From positions 1 through 40,081 of the forward strand of contig JABHNP010000200.1 in assembly GCA_018694455.1 (NCBI GenBank): a stretch of 40,081 bases of DNA. Reading direction: 5' to 3'. The translations under genes were made by a program, and so were the position numbers. Under the pieces are notes generated by a model. The model did no database searches, was not told the origin of the DNA, and saw only the letters and a list, made by a program, of their open reading frames with translations. Positions 20,536 through 29,231 of this stretch are shown piece by piece (position 1 is the first letter of the stretch; every line of letters starts with the position of its first letter). The stretch comes from Planctomycetaceae bacterium. GTDB taxonomy: Bacteria > Planctomycetota > Planctomycetia > Pirellulales > UBA1268.

Positions 20536-21882
20536 ATGGCAAGCACTCGACTCTCACCAATTGAAAAAATTGGGTACGGCCTCGGCGACTTTGGTTCGAA
20601 CGTTGTATTTCAGACGGTCATTATTCTGCTCCCGTCTTTCTATACCGATGTGTTCGGTCTTGCGCCAGCAGCCATGGGCCTCATGTTTCTTCTCGTTCGT
20701 CTGCTCGACACCGTGACGGACCCTATCATGGGCGTCATTGCAGATAATACCGATACCCGCTGGGGAAAATTCCGTCCATACCTTCTGTGGTTTTCAGTTC
20801 CCTTTGCTATTGTTTTTGTCCTCACCTACTGGACGCCAGACCTTGCAGGGAATCAAAAACTACTCTATGCGTATGTCACATATGCAGTCCTTATGCTTCT
20901 TTATACGGTTGTGAATATTCCGTACTGTGCATTAGGTGGTGTCATCACAGCAGACTCCCAAGAACGTGTGTCTGCAAATTCCTATCGATTCTTTCTTGCC
21001 ACCTCTGCGGGCGTCCTTATCACGTTTTTTGGGCCAAGATTAATTACTTACTTTGGTAAGGGAAATGACCAAGTTGGATATCCCTGGGCGATGGCTGTGT
21101 TCGGCGTCTTAGCAGTATTTGCTTTTATCGGCTGCTTTGCTCTCACTAAAGAACGCGTTGTTGAAGCAAAGCCAGCAAAAGGAAGCTTTTGGAGCGATGT
21201 CGGCACGCTTGTAAAAAACGATCAATGGGTGGTTGTAGCGCTTCTTGGCCTTGTGTCGCTCGTCGCAATCGTCTTACGAGCTGGGTCTGCAGCATTCTAC
21301 ATCAAGTGTGCAGTCGGCAGGCCTGATCTAAATGCAGAATTTCTTACCGCAGGGACCTTTGCTGCAATGATTGGCGCTGCGTTTGCGGCACCACTTACGG
21401 CAAAGCTAGATAAAGGCCCATCCTATGCGATGCTGCAAATTATTATTGTAATCGGTTCAATCGGAATTTATTTTGCACCTATCCAAAATATCTTCTTGAT
21501 TTTCGGGCTTTATATTCTGGTTAACTTTCTTACACAAATGGCTGCACCGATTCTCTTCTCTATGGCAGCTGATACTGCTGACTATGGCGAGTTTAAAACC
21601 GGTCGTCGTGTCACGGGCCTCATTTTCTCAGGCTTTCTCTTCGCAATAAAATTAGGTGTAGCAATTGCCGGCTGGTGCATTGGTTCGGTCTTGGCGACAT
21701 ATGGTTACGACGGTGAAGCGGCAACACAAACTCCACAAGCAATACAGGGCATTTTGCTCTCAATATCAATTTTCCCAGCAATCGGACACTTCCTACTTCT
21801 TCCAATTATTTATTTTTATCGTCTTAATACCCGACGCTGTACCGAGATACGGCAAGAACTTGACGCACGCTCATCTCAATAA
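20536..21882 (+). CDS. glycoside-pentoside-hexuronide (GPH):cation symporter, MFS superfamily
   Basis: From ATG 20536: MASTRLSPIEKIGYGLGDFGSNVVFQ...LLVRLLDTVTDPIMGVIADNTDTRWGKFRPYLL. This is the typical MelB/XylP/YicJ N-terminal signature, with about 12 hydrophobic segments. Confidence 0.85.
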   Translation: MASTRLSPIEKIGYGLGDFGSNVVFQTVIILLPSFYTDVFGLAPAAMGLMFLLVRLLDTVTDPIMGVIADNTDTRWGKFRPYLLWFSVPFAIVFVLTYWTPDLAGNQKLLYAYVTYAVLMLLYTVVNIPYCALGGVITADSQERVSANSYRFFLATSAGVLITFFGPRLITYFGKGNDQVGYPWAMAVFGVLAVFAFIGCFALTKERVVEAKPAKGSFWSDVGTLVKNDQWVVVALLGLVSLVAIVLRAGSAAFYIKCAVGRPDLNAEFLTAGTFAAMIGAAFAAPLTAKLDKGPSYAMLQIIIVIGSIGIYFAPIQNIFLIFGLYILVNFLTQMAAPILFSMAADTADYGEFKTGRRVTGLIFSGFLFAIKLGVAIAGWCIGSVLATYGYDGEAATQTPQAIQGILLSISIFPAIGHFLLLPIIYFYRLNTRRCTEIRQELDARSSQ

Positions 21883-21898
21883 CCCACCCAGAGTATTC

Positions 21899-24800
21899 AT
21901 GAAATTTTATTTACCATTAGTCCTTTGTATTCCCGCCCTTTCAGTCTCTGCCGCCGAAGTTACCGGACGATTTGTACCTCCAGCCGGAAAGGTGCTTGTC
22001 TTTGCCGGACAGGACAACATCTCTGTTGGTGGCACAGAAAAATATAGCGATGGCTACGTCGATAATATCGGTATTCCAGCAGGAATCACCCATTACGTGT
22101 ATTTCTCTGAGGGATGGACAAATGGATTTGGCCGTACCTTTGCTAGGGGCTCTGTGGCAGGGTTGAACTCTGAAGTGGAGTGGGCCGCCGGCCCGATGTG
22201 TCAAAAGTCATACATAGATTCACTGAAACTCGAAGAGTGCGTCATGCATGTTTCCATTTCAATGGAGGGTGGCGGAGAGATTAAAGTCGCCAATGGCACC
22301 TTTGATCATCTTATTGAGGAATTTGTTCAATTCATTGCCGATCATCCTGACCGTGTCTTTTTCATACGGATTGGATATGAATTTGATGGAAGTTGGAATA
22401 AATACCAACCTGAGAGTTTTAAGAAAGCATTCCGCCGCATTGTAGAATCACTTCGGAAGCGTAATCTGTCGAACTACGCAACCGTATTTGCCTCTTCAAG
22501 CACAGTGAAACCTGGACAGTTTGAAGAGTACGACCCTGGTTCGGAATATTACGACTGGATCGGATACTCGTGGTGGGGCAATGAGAAGAAGTTTGGTAAT
22601 GCAGCACCAGCTCTTGCCTATGCACGCAAACTCAGGAAGCCCGTTTTTGTTGCTGAGTCAACAGCCCGTGGCCACTATTTCGATAAGGAAGATCCGGAGA
22701 GTCTCTGGTCAGGCTGGTTTAAAGAATTCTTCCAACATATTGAGGCCAACAAAGATGTCATCAGAGCGGTCTCGTACATCAATGCGGACTGGGATGGTCA
22801 AGACATGTGGGATGGATGGGGCCAAACTCGTATCGAAACAGCTCCACTTCTTCAGCAGAGGTGGCAAGAAAAAATGGCTGAAAGTACATTTATCAATGCT
22901 TCTGACAGCCCACATAACGCGATTCGTTTCTCGGCACCGACCACTTCTCTACAAAACAAGAATTCCAGTCGGCCAAAGTATAAAAATTCGTCACTTTCAG
23001 TCACTGAGCGTGTTGAAGACCTTCTTGCTCAAATGACGCTCGAAGAAAAAATTGCACAGATATGTGGATGGTGGCATTATGACGAGAAAAAACTACGACG
23101 TGAGGGTGCCGTCTTCGCACCAGAGTTCTATGCAGAAAAATGCCCTCATGGCATTGGTGAGCTTGGTCCTCTCCATAATCTTTCGATTGAGGAGGACCTG
23201 CGTCAGTACGCGGCTGTACAGGAATATTTCAGAAATAGAACACGACTGGGAATCCCAGCGATTCTTCATGACGAGGCTGCCCATGGCTTTATGAAATTTG
23301 AGGCGAACTCGTTTCCTGCTCCTATCGGGCTGGCCTGTTCTTGGAACACCTCTCTGATTGAGAAGATTTATTCGTGTGCTGCAAAGGAAGCACGCTCACG
23401 CGGGGTGTCTCATGTATTGTCTCCAGTGGTTGACGTAGCTCGTGAACTCCGTTGGGGACGTGTTGATGAAACACTTGGTGAAGACCCTTTTCTAGTCGGC
23501 AGGCTCGGTGCTGCAATGGTGCAAGGGCTTCAGGGGTCATCAAGTGGTGAGATTGCACCGGACCATGTAGCAGCAACACTGAAACATTTCGCAGGCTACG
23601 CAGGCACCACCGGTGGACGAAATAGATCTCCGTATCCGAATGGACTTCGACATCTTTTAGACACTGAAATCCCGCCCTTCCGCCATGTTATTAACACCAC
23701 TCATCCAGCATCAATCATGGCTGCATTTAATGAAATCGAAGGACTACCATGCCATATCAATCAGTGGATGCTTCAGGATGTGCTGCGAAAACGACTTGGC
23801 TTCGAAGGCCTCCTCGTTGGGGACTACCAAGGACTCAATCTTGTACGGTGGTACCAGAAAATTGGAACGAGTGATGCCGACGTCGGCAGCATGGCACTTA
23901 AAGCGGGCCTTCAGCTCGAGCTACCAAATGCTTTCGGGTATAAGCATTTGCAAAAGCTTGTTCAGAACGGAGACGTGCAAGAGCAAGACATTGATACAGC
24001 AGTTCGGCAGATGCTTTCATTAAAATTTCGCCTGGGGCTTTTCGAAGCACCAATGAAGCTTAATGGTGACAAAGCGGAAGCACTGGCAAGCTCACAAGAA
24101 ACTAATTCACTGGCCCGTGAAGCCGCACGGCAGTCTATTGTTCTCCTCAAAAATGAGAATGATTTTTTACCCCTCCAGGTAGGCCAACACAAGAATATCG
24201 CTGTCATCGGACCGAATGCCGCCGTGTGCCGTCTCGGAAATTACTCTGGCATGCCACGTCACACAGTGTCAATCTTCGAAGGCCTACGTAACTACGTTGG
24301 AAATCAGGCAACTGTTGTCCATGCTGAGGGCTGCAAGATTGCAAACAATGACACAGGAAGCTCCTACAAAAACTGGAGATATGTCGACGAAGTAGAGTTT
24401 ACAAATGTCGAAGATAATCGCGGCCTAATCGATGAGGCAGTGTCGACGGCACAGAATGCTGATCTCGTTGTGCTCGCTCTTGGTGACAATGTCCTTCTTT
24501 CACGTGAAGCGTGGGGAGCAAATCATATTGGGGATAAAACCTCATTTGAATTGACTGCGTCCCAGCAAGAGCTTGCCTCTCAAGTAATTAGTACCGGGAA
24601 ACCCGTTGTGCTTGTGCTCAATAACGGCAAGCCTGTCGTTCTCAGTAATGCCGCGTCAAACATTCCAGCAGTTATGACACTTCATTATGCCGGCCAGCAG
24701 ACTGGGACAGCCCTTGCTGAAATACTTTTTGGTAAAGTAAATCCATCAGGGAAGTTAACACTGAGTTGGCCACGAACAGTTGGGCATATCCCTGCACATT

Positions 24801-27800
24801 ACAGCCAACACGGAAGTTCACTTGTCTTCGACTACCTCGATTCGCCCAACAGTCCTCAGTACGCTTTTGGTCACGGTTTAAGCTATACAACATTTGCTTA
24901 TTCCGATGTTTCGGTGTCAAAGGACGCAATTAAAAAGGGCACTACCGTTGATGTTGCATTCACGCTGAAAAACACCGGCAGAAAGCCTGGGACAGAAATC
25001 TCGCAGCTTTATGTAAGCGGAGAAGAATTCCCGATTGCTCGACCGACCCTGGAGCTCAAGGGTTTCTGCCGGACAACACTACAAGCGGGTGAATCAGCAA
25101 GAATCACAATACCTTTGGCAGCAGACGATCTATTTTTTCATAACATTGCGCTTCAACGCGTACTGCCAGAGGGGAAATATCTCCTGCGGGTTGGTGGAAG
25201 TTCAGCAAGCCTTTCAGAGCCAGTCACCGTCAAGACTGTTTCATCTTCATCATCACCACCAGTTGCTCGTACGAAAATCACAGCTCGCAAGCCAATTTCA
25301 ACATCCGACGAACCAAAAGAGCAGTCACCGGCGAAAACAATCTCAGGCTCACTCCAAAGGCCGAACATTCTGTTCATCGCAATTGATGATCTTCGTCCTG
25401 AACTTGGCTGTTATGGCCGACATGTCTTGTCTCCACACATAGACAAGCTTGCCGCTTCAGGCGTTCAATTTAACCGAGCCTATTGCCAACAGGCCGTCTG
25501 TGGTGCATCGAGGCTTTCACTTATGGGTGGTCTCTATCCAACCAATACGGGCGAACAGACCTTTCACGTCAGCGGATGGCGAGAACGATTTCCAAATCTC
25601 CTGACAATGAACGAGCACTTTGGCGAACAAGGGTATCAAACCATCGGCATGGGGAAAATCTACCATGGCCATAAGGGTGGTCCAGCAAGTGACCTCTCAC
25701 ATTGGGACAGATGGATTGATGTCACAACAAGCGAGTACGCGCTGCCAGAAAACAAACTTTTAGTCAAACAGGCCCTTCAAGAGAAATCAAAGGGGAGCGA
25801 ACATGCACCACCTGAGGGACCGATGACCGAAGAGGCCGACGTGCCAGACGAAACATATATAGACGCACAACGCGCTTCACGTGCCGTCGAAGTATTAGAT
25901 GACCTCTCAAAGAGTCAAGGCGAGCCATTTTTTCTTGCCGTCGGATTTACAAAGCCACACCTTCCATTCGTAGCGCCCAAGAAGTACTGGGAGCTCTATG
26001 ATCGCGAGAGCTTCTCAATGCCACGAAATAGCGGCCGCCCTCCACGCTGGCCGGAAGATGCTGCCTTTACGAAGGCAAATGAAATGCAGCGGTATGTCGA
26101 TTATGTTGGAAACGGACCAAAAGATTTTCCAGAATCTCTCAACAAACGGCTACTGCACGGATACGCCGCAGCCGCCAGCTTCGTAGACGCGAATGTTGGC
26201 CGGGTCTTGGCAGCTTTGGAGGAAAAAGGCCTAGCAGACAACACAATTGTTGTTTTGTGGGGCGACCATGGCTGGAAACTTGGTGATCATTCATCGTGGT
26301 GCAAACACACGAATTTCGAGTGTGACACACGTGTCCCGCTTATTGTTAGAGATCCCCGAATGAAACCTGGACAGATAACAGACCGTTTGGTTGAGCTCAT
26401 TGATCTCTACCCGACGTTGTGCGATCTCACTGGTATTCAAACGCCAAGTCATTGCCAAGGCAGAAGTTTCCGTGGATTGCTTGAAAATCCAGAATCTGGT
26501 CACCGTTACAGCGCATACAGTTCATACCCAGCATGGAAGTCAATTGGCCATAGCATCCGAATGAAAAACTTTCGATATACCGAATGGTTCCATAACGACA
26601 CTCAAAAGATACGGGCTCAAGTGCTCACTGACCTGCAACATGATCCTGGTGAAGAGACCAACTGTTTCGAGAACCCAGCCTATTCAGAAGCGCTCACCAC
26701 AGTTCAAAAAGAACTGCGGACAAGAATCACCGAAGCAGATCCAGAACGCAGCCTTCCCCCACTCACCATCCAAGATCCTGAACCAACCACAATTAAGATT
26801 GACATCAGCAACGCACAGAAACGACAGAGAATCGATGGCTTCGGTGGCTCTGTAGCGTTCTGGGCGACAAAAGCCGATGATGAGGCGCTCAAGGCAACCC
26901 TGGGTGAACTCCAGGCAAATATTCTGCGCGTGCAAGGAGAGGTCACCAAGTCAGGATTGATCGATCACAATGTTTCTCTCCTCAAGCGAGCGATGGCCAT
27001 AAATCCATCACTCCAGGTCCTTTTGACCTTCTGGCAACCTCGATCCGCGACGCACCTTGAACCTGAGTACTGGCTACGTGCTGAGCAAATCAATGGCACC
27101 GAGCAGTACATACTCCGTGATAACAGAATGGAAGAATGGGCAGACGAGCTTCTCTCGCGTGTGCAGTTTTATCATTCTCTAGGCATTAACGTAGCTGCTA
27201 TTGGTGTCCAAAATGAATCGAACTGGTCTCATGAAGGCACACAAACATGCCGCTGGGAACCGGAGCGTCTCAAGACGTTCATCGAACAATTTATTCGGCC
27301 ACGCCTCGATGAAAAACAATTCTCCGACATCATGATCGCAGCTCCTGACCTTGCCTACATAGGTCCAGACGCGAGTGAATTCATGCGTTTCCTTCCTGCC
27401 CTTACGAGCCGAGACGTCGATATTGCGGCATACCATATGTATGACAGCTACCAGAATGATCAGGATGGCAATTTTGAGATACTTGTCGGCAACACACAAA
27501 AACTTGGGGAACTTGTTCAAGAATACATACCGGAAAAAAAATTATGGATGACTGAAACCACCGGTGCTCAGTGGAATGGAAATGATTGGCACACATATGG
27601 CTGGACAGCGGACCTCACGGAACACCAGAAGGCAATTCAGGCTGCTCGCTACATGCACACCACGTTCGTCGATGCACAAGCAAGTGCATTCCTTTGGTGG
27701 GGCCTCATCTATTCAGTAGCGCCTGGTGAAGAAAAAGACGAAAAGGTGCGCCAGAAACACCGTGATGAAGGGTTAGCTCTTGTGTGCGCACCAGCCGATC

Positions 27801-28132
27801 AGGTCGGTGAATACCAGTCCTTTGCAGAACGCACCAAAAAGTTCTATGTATTCTCTCAATATTCAAAATTCATACGACCCGGCTACCGACGCGTTGAAAC
27901 GAATAGTGCTTCCGATCTTCACACATCTGCTTTTGTAAACAAAGACAATACTCGTCTCGTTGCAATTGTTATTAATGATTCAAAAAATACAATGAATCCT
28001 TCATTTCAAATTGACAGCGGATATGCACTTGTCTCAACTCATCAGACAGATAAATCGCGGAATTGTAAAAGCATACGCGCAGATGTTCTTTTGCCACCAC
28101 AATCGGTACGCACAGTTGTCTTTCAAAAATAG
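21899..28132 (+). CDS. secreted 2,077-aa multi-catalytic protein: GH-A-like module + GH3 + S1 sulfatase (iduronate-2-sulfatase-like) + GH30-like module
   Basis: The ORF-track frame is open from 21665, but the first 234 nt overlap the transporter gene. ATG 21899 gives a signal peptide, MKFYLPLVLCIPALSVSAAEV. One uninterrupted frame then runs to TAG 28130-28132. Module motifs are listed under the four sub-features. Confidence 0.85.
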   Translation: MKFYLPLVLCIPALSVSAAEVTGRFVPPAGKVLVFAGQDNISVGGTEKYSDGYVDNIGIPAGITHYVYFSEGWTNGFGRTFARGSVAGLNSEVEWAAGPMCQKSYIDSLKLEECVMHVSISMEGGGEIKVANGTFDHLIEEFVQFIADHPDRVFFIRIGYEFDGSWNKYQPESFKKAFRRIVESLRKRNLSNYATVFASSSTVKPGQFEEYDPGSEYYDWIGYSWWGNEKKFGNAAPALAYARKLRKPVFVAESTARGHYFDKEDPESLWSGWFKEFFQHIEANKDVIRAVSYINADWDGQDMWDGWGQTRIETAPLLQQRWQEKMAESTFINASDSPHNAIRFSAPTTSLQNKNSSRPKYKNSSLSVTERVEDLLAQMTLEEKIAQICGWWHYDEKKLRREGAVFAPEFYAEKCPHGIGELGPLHNLSIEEDLRQYAAVQEYFRNRTRLGIPAILHDEAAHGFMKFEANSFPAPIGLACSWNTSLIEKIYSCAAKEARSRGVSHVLSPVVDVARELRWGRVDETLGEDPFLVGRLGAAMVQGLQGSSSGEIAPDHVAATLKHFAGYAGTTGGRNRSPYPNGLRHLLDTEIPPFRHVINTTHPASIMAAFNEIEGLPCHINQWMLQDVLRKRLGFEGLLVGDYQGLNLVRWYQKIGTSDADVGSMALKAGLQLELPNAFGYKHLQKLVQNGDVQEQDIDTAVRQMLSLKFRLGLFEAPMKLNGDKAEALASSQETNSLAREAARQSIVLLKNENDFLPLQVGQHKNIAVIGPNAAVCRLGNYSGMPRHTVSIFEGLRNYVGNQATVVHAEGCKIANNDTGSSYKNWRYVDEVEFTNVEDNRGLIDEAVSTAQNADLVVLALGDNVLLSREAWGANHIGDKTSFELTASQQELASQVISTGKPVVLVLNNGKPVVLSNAASNIPAVMTLHYAGQQTGTALAEILFGKVNPSGKLTLSWPRTVGHIPAHYSQHGSSLVFDYLDSPNSPQYAFGHGLSYTTFAYSDVSVSKDAIKKGTTVDVAFTLKNTGRKPGTEISQLYVSGEEFPIARPTLELKGFCRTTLQAGESARITIPLAADDLFFHNIALQRVLPEGKYLLRVGGSSASLSEPVTVKTVSSSSSPPVARTKITARKPISTSDEPKEQSPAKTISGSLQRPNILFIAIDDLRPELGCYGRHVLSPHIDKLAASGVQFNRAYCQQAVCGASRLSLMGGLYPTNTGEQTFHVSGWRERFPNLLTMNEHFGEQGYQTIGMGKIYHGHKGGPASDLSHWDRWIDVTTSEYALPENKLLVKQALQEKSKGSEHAPPEGPMTEEADVPDETYIDAQRASRAVEVLDDLSKSQGEPFFLAVGFTKPHLPFVAPKKYWELYDRESFSMPRNSGRPPRWPEDAAFTKANEMQRYVDYVGNGPKDFPESLNKRLLHGYAAAASFVDANVGRVLAALEEKGLADNTIVVLWGDHGWKLGDHSSWCKHTNFECDTRVPLIVRDPRMKPGQITDRLVELIDLYPTLCDLTGIQTPSHCQGRSFRGLLENPESGHRYSAYSSYPAWKSIGHSIRMKNFRYTEWFHNDTQKIRAQVLTDLQHDPGEETNCFENPAYSEALTTVQKELRTRITEADPERSLPPLTIQDPEPTTIKIDISNAQKRQRIDGFGGSVAFWATKADDEALKATLGELQANILRVQGEVTKSGLIDHNVSLLKRAMAINPSLQVLLTFWQPRSATHLEPEYWLRAEQINGTEQYILRDNRMEEWADELLSRVQFYHSLGINVAAIGVQNESNWSHEGTQTCRWEPERLKTFIEQFIRPRLDEKQFSDIMIAAPDLAYIGPDASEFMRFLPALTSRDVDIAAYHMYDSYQNDQDGNFEILVGNTQKLGELVQEYIPEKKLWMTETTGAQWNGNDWHTYGWTADLTEHQKAIQAARYMHTTFVDAQASAFLWWGLIYSVAPGEEKDEKVRQKHRDEGLALVCAPADQVGEYQSFAERTKKFYVFSQYSKFIRPGYRRVETNSASDLHTSAFVNKDNTRLVAIVINDSKNTMNPSFQIDSGYALVSTHQTDKSRNCKSIRADVLLPPQSVRTVVFQK
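21980..22930 (+). other. module 1 of the polyenzyme: (beta/alpha)8 clan GH-A-like glycosidase, family unassigned (GH26-like pattern)
   Basis: FFIRIGYEFDGSWNKY (Glu codon 22379-22381), YYDWIGYSWWG, KPVFVAESTARG (Glu codon 22655-22657) and AVSYINADWD resemble the acid/base and nucleophile strands of GH26/GH5-type barrels. The assignment is by pattern only. Confidence 0.4.
22991..25240 (+). other. module 2 of the polyenzyme: complete GH3 (BglX-type beta-glucosidase/xylosidase) with Fn3-like end
   Basis: Motifs: MTLEEKIAQ, GIPAILHDEAAHG, SPVVDVARELRWGRVDETLGEDP, LKHFAGY, GLLVGDYQG (Asp codon 23822-23824), IAVIGPNA, NPSGKLTLSWPR, FGHGLSYTTF, QLYVS...LKGF. Confidence 0.85.
25358..26745 (+). other. 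module 3 of the polyenzyme: S1 formylglycine sulfatase, iduronate-2-sulfatase-like
   Basis: Motifs: PNILFIAIDDLRPELGCYG, QQAVCGASRLSLMGG (Cys codon 25499-25501), FFLAVGFTKPHLPF, VVLWGDHGWKLGDHSSWCKHTNFECDTRVPLIV. It is preceded by a Ser/Pro/Lys-rich linker at 25241-25357. Confidence 0.85.
26776..28129 (+). other. module 4 of the polyenzyme: GH30-like glycosidase
   Basis: Motifs: RIDGFGGS, AAIGVQNESNW (Glu codon 27215-27217), KLWMTETTG (Glu codon 27554-27556), AFLWWGL, YVFSQYSKFIRPGYRRV, AFVNKDNTRLVAIVIN. Confidence 0.7.
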
Positions 28133-28257
28133 GTGCCTGAACACACAGTGGAACATTTTTTACATGCGAGCATCCCACATTGTGCAAAAAAACCGAGATC
28201 ATTGTTGTTATCAGAGAGGCGTGCGTGGTCACGTGAGTCTATTCGTTTATATGTGTT

Positions 28258-28280
28258 GAGTTTGAAACCCTGTCAAACTC
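28258..28280. terminator. candidate bidirectional stem-loop between convergent genes
   Basis: GAGTTTGA-AACCCTG-TCAAACTC, an 8-bp perfect stem with a 7-nt loop. It lies between the polyenzyme stop (28132) and the hydrolase stop (28299). There is no clear U-tract. Confidence 0.4.
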
Positions 28281-28298
28281 TGAAACAGGCTCGTGGTC

Positions 28299-29159
28299 TT
28301 ACGGCGTGTGGTGATGACCTATGGTTTCAGCGGCCTTCCACGCACGTTCAATAAATTCAACGAGTGGTGCTGGGTCGTGGAGTGAATGTGGATGGTGGCC
28401 GACCCCTGGTTTCCGAATCACCTGTATTGTTCCGCCAAGTCTGGTGTATTGCAGCTCCGCGATGTTGGTATTTTCAGCTGGGGGTACGACTGTATCTTCT
28501 TCACCGATGACATGAATGATTGGAATTTTCTCCTTTGCTAAAACATGCAACAGATTGAGAGGCCCTTTGCTGTATGTGAGGGCTTCACTCTGTGAAAGTC
28601 TGTACGCCTTGAGGCACGTGTCCCACGCCTTGGAACCCTGCCCTTTTTTCCCAGCCCGTCTACCGCCAGGCCAGCTTCTGAAATCCATCACTGGCGCATC
28701 AGCATAAATAGCTGTAACACAATCTGGATTCGCTAGTGCCCAGTTGTAAACGAAGAGCCCACCACGGCTCATGCCTTCAAGGACAGGTCGGGGTGAGAAG
28801 TCATACTGTGTGACAAGTTTTTTATAAAATCGATTTCCGATATTGATGGCTTCCTCGTTTCCGAAAAGATTGCCTACATCACAGAACGCAAGATGAAACC
28901 CACGGTTGAGCATGGCGAGATCAAACTGTGGCTCGTGTCCCCAGAACCTCGCCCGCCACACCCAAGGCTTGCCAGCAGCTGGTGTGGTCGGAACCACAAT
29001 ACGTTCACCAGAAACGGTGTCATGAAACATGGTAAAACCATGAAACAACGTCTTTCCACCTGAGAACTCGGTTTCCGCAAGTGCCGTGGTTTGCAGGGCT
29101 CCAATAAAAAACGTAATGAGGCATAGGAATTGGACATGAAGTCGTTGTGGTTTGTTCAT
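28299..29159 (-). CDS. secreted alpha/beta-hydrolase (putative carbohydrate esterase)
   Basis: 286 aa with signal peptide MNKPQRLHVQFLCLITFFIGALQTTALA. Nucleophile elbow GMSRGG. Later acidic (GEEDTVVP) and His (PGVGHHPHSL) positions fit a Ser-Asp-His triad. Confidence 0.65.
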   Translation of the reverse strand: MNKPQRLHVQFLCLITFFIGALQTTALAETEFSGGKTLFHGFTMFHDTVSGERIVVPTTPAAGKPWVWRARFWGHEPQFDLAMLNRGFHLAFCDVGNLFGNEEAINIGNRFYKKLVTQYDFSPRPVLEGMSRGGLFVYNWALANPDCVTAIYADAPVMDFRSWPGGRRAGKKGQGSKAWDTCLKAYRLSQSEALTYSKGPLNLLHVLAKEKIPIIHVIGEEDTVVPPAENTNIAELQYTRLGGTIQVIRKPGVGHHPHSLHDPAPLVEFIERAWKAAETIGHHHTP

Positions 29160-29231
29160 TAGCTAAATGTTCCCAATCTTGACACTATGTGGTGTGAAAC
29201 CATTTAAAGTAAATTCAGGAGAATCTCCAAC

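Noticed and set aside
21665-21898. 78-codon N-terminal extension of the giant ORF as listed in the track
   Set aside because: It overlaps the last 218 nt of the GPH transporter gene in another frame. Its sequence does not look like protein. An ATG at 21899 immediately yields a canonical signal peptide.
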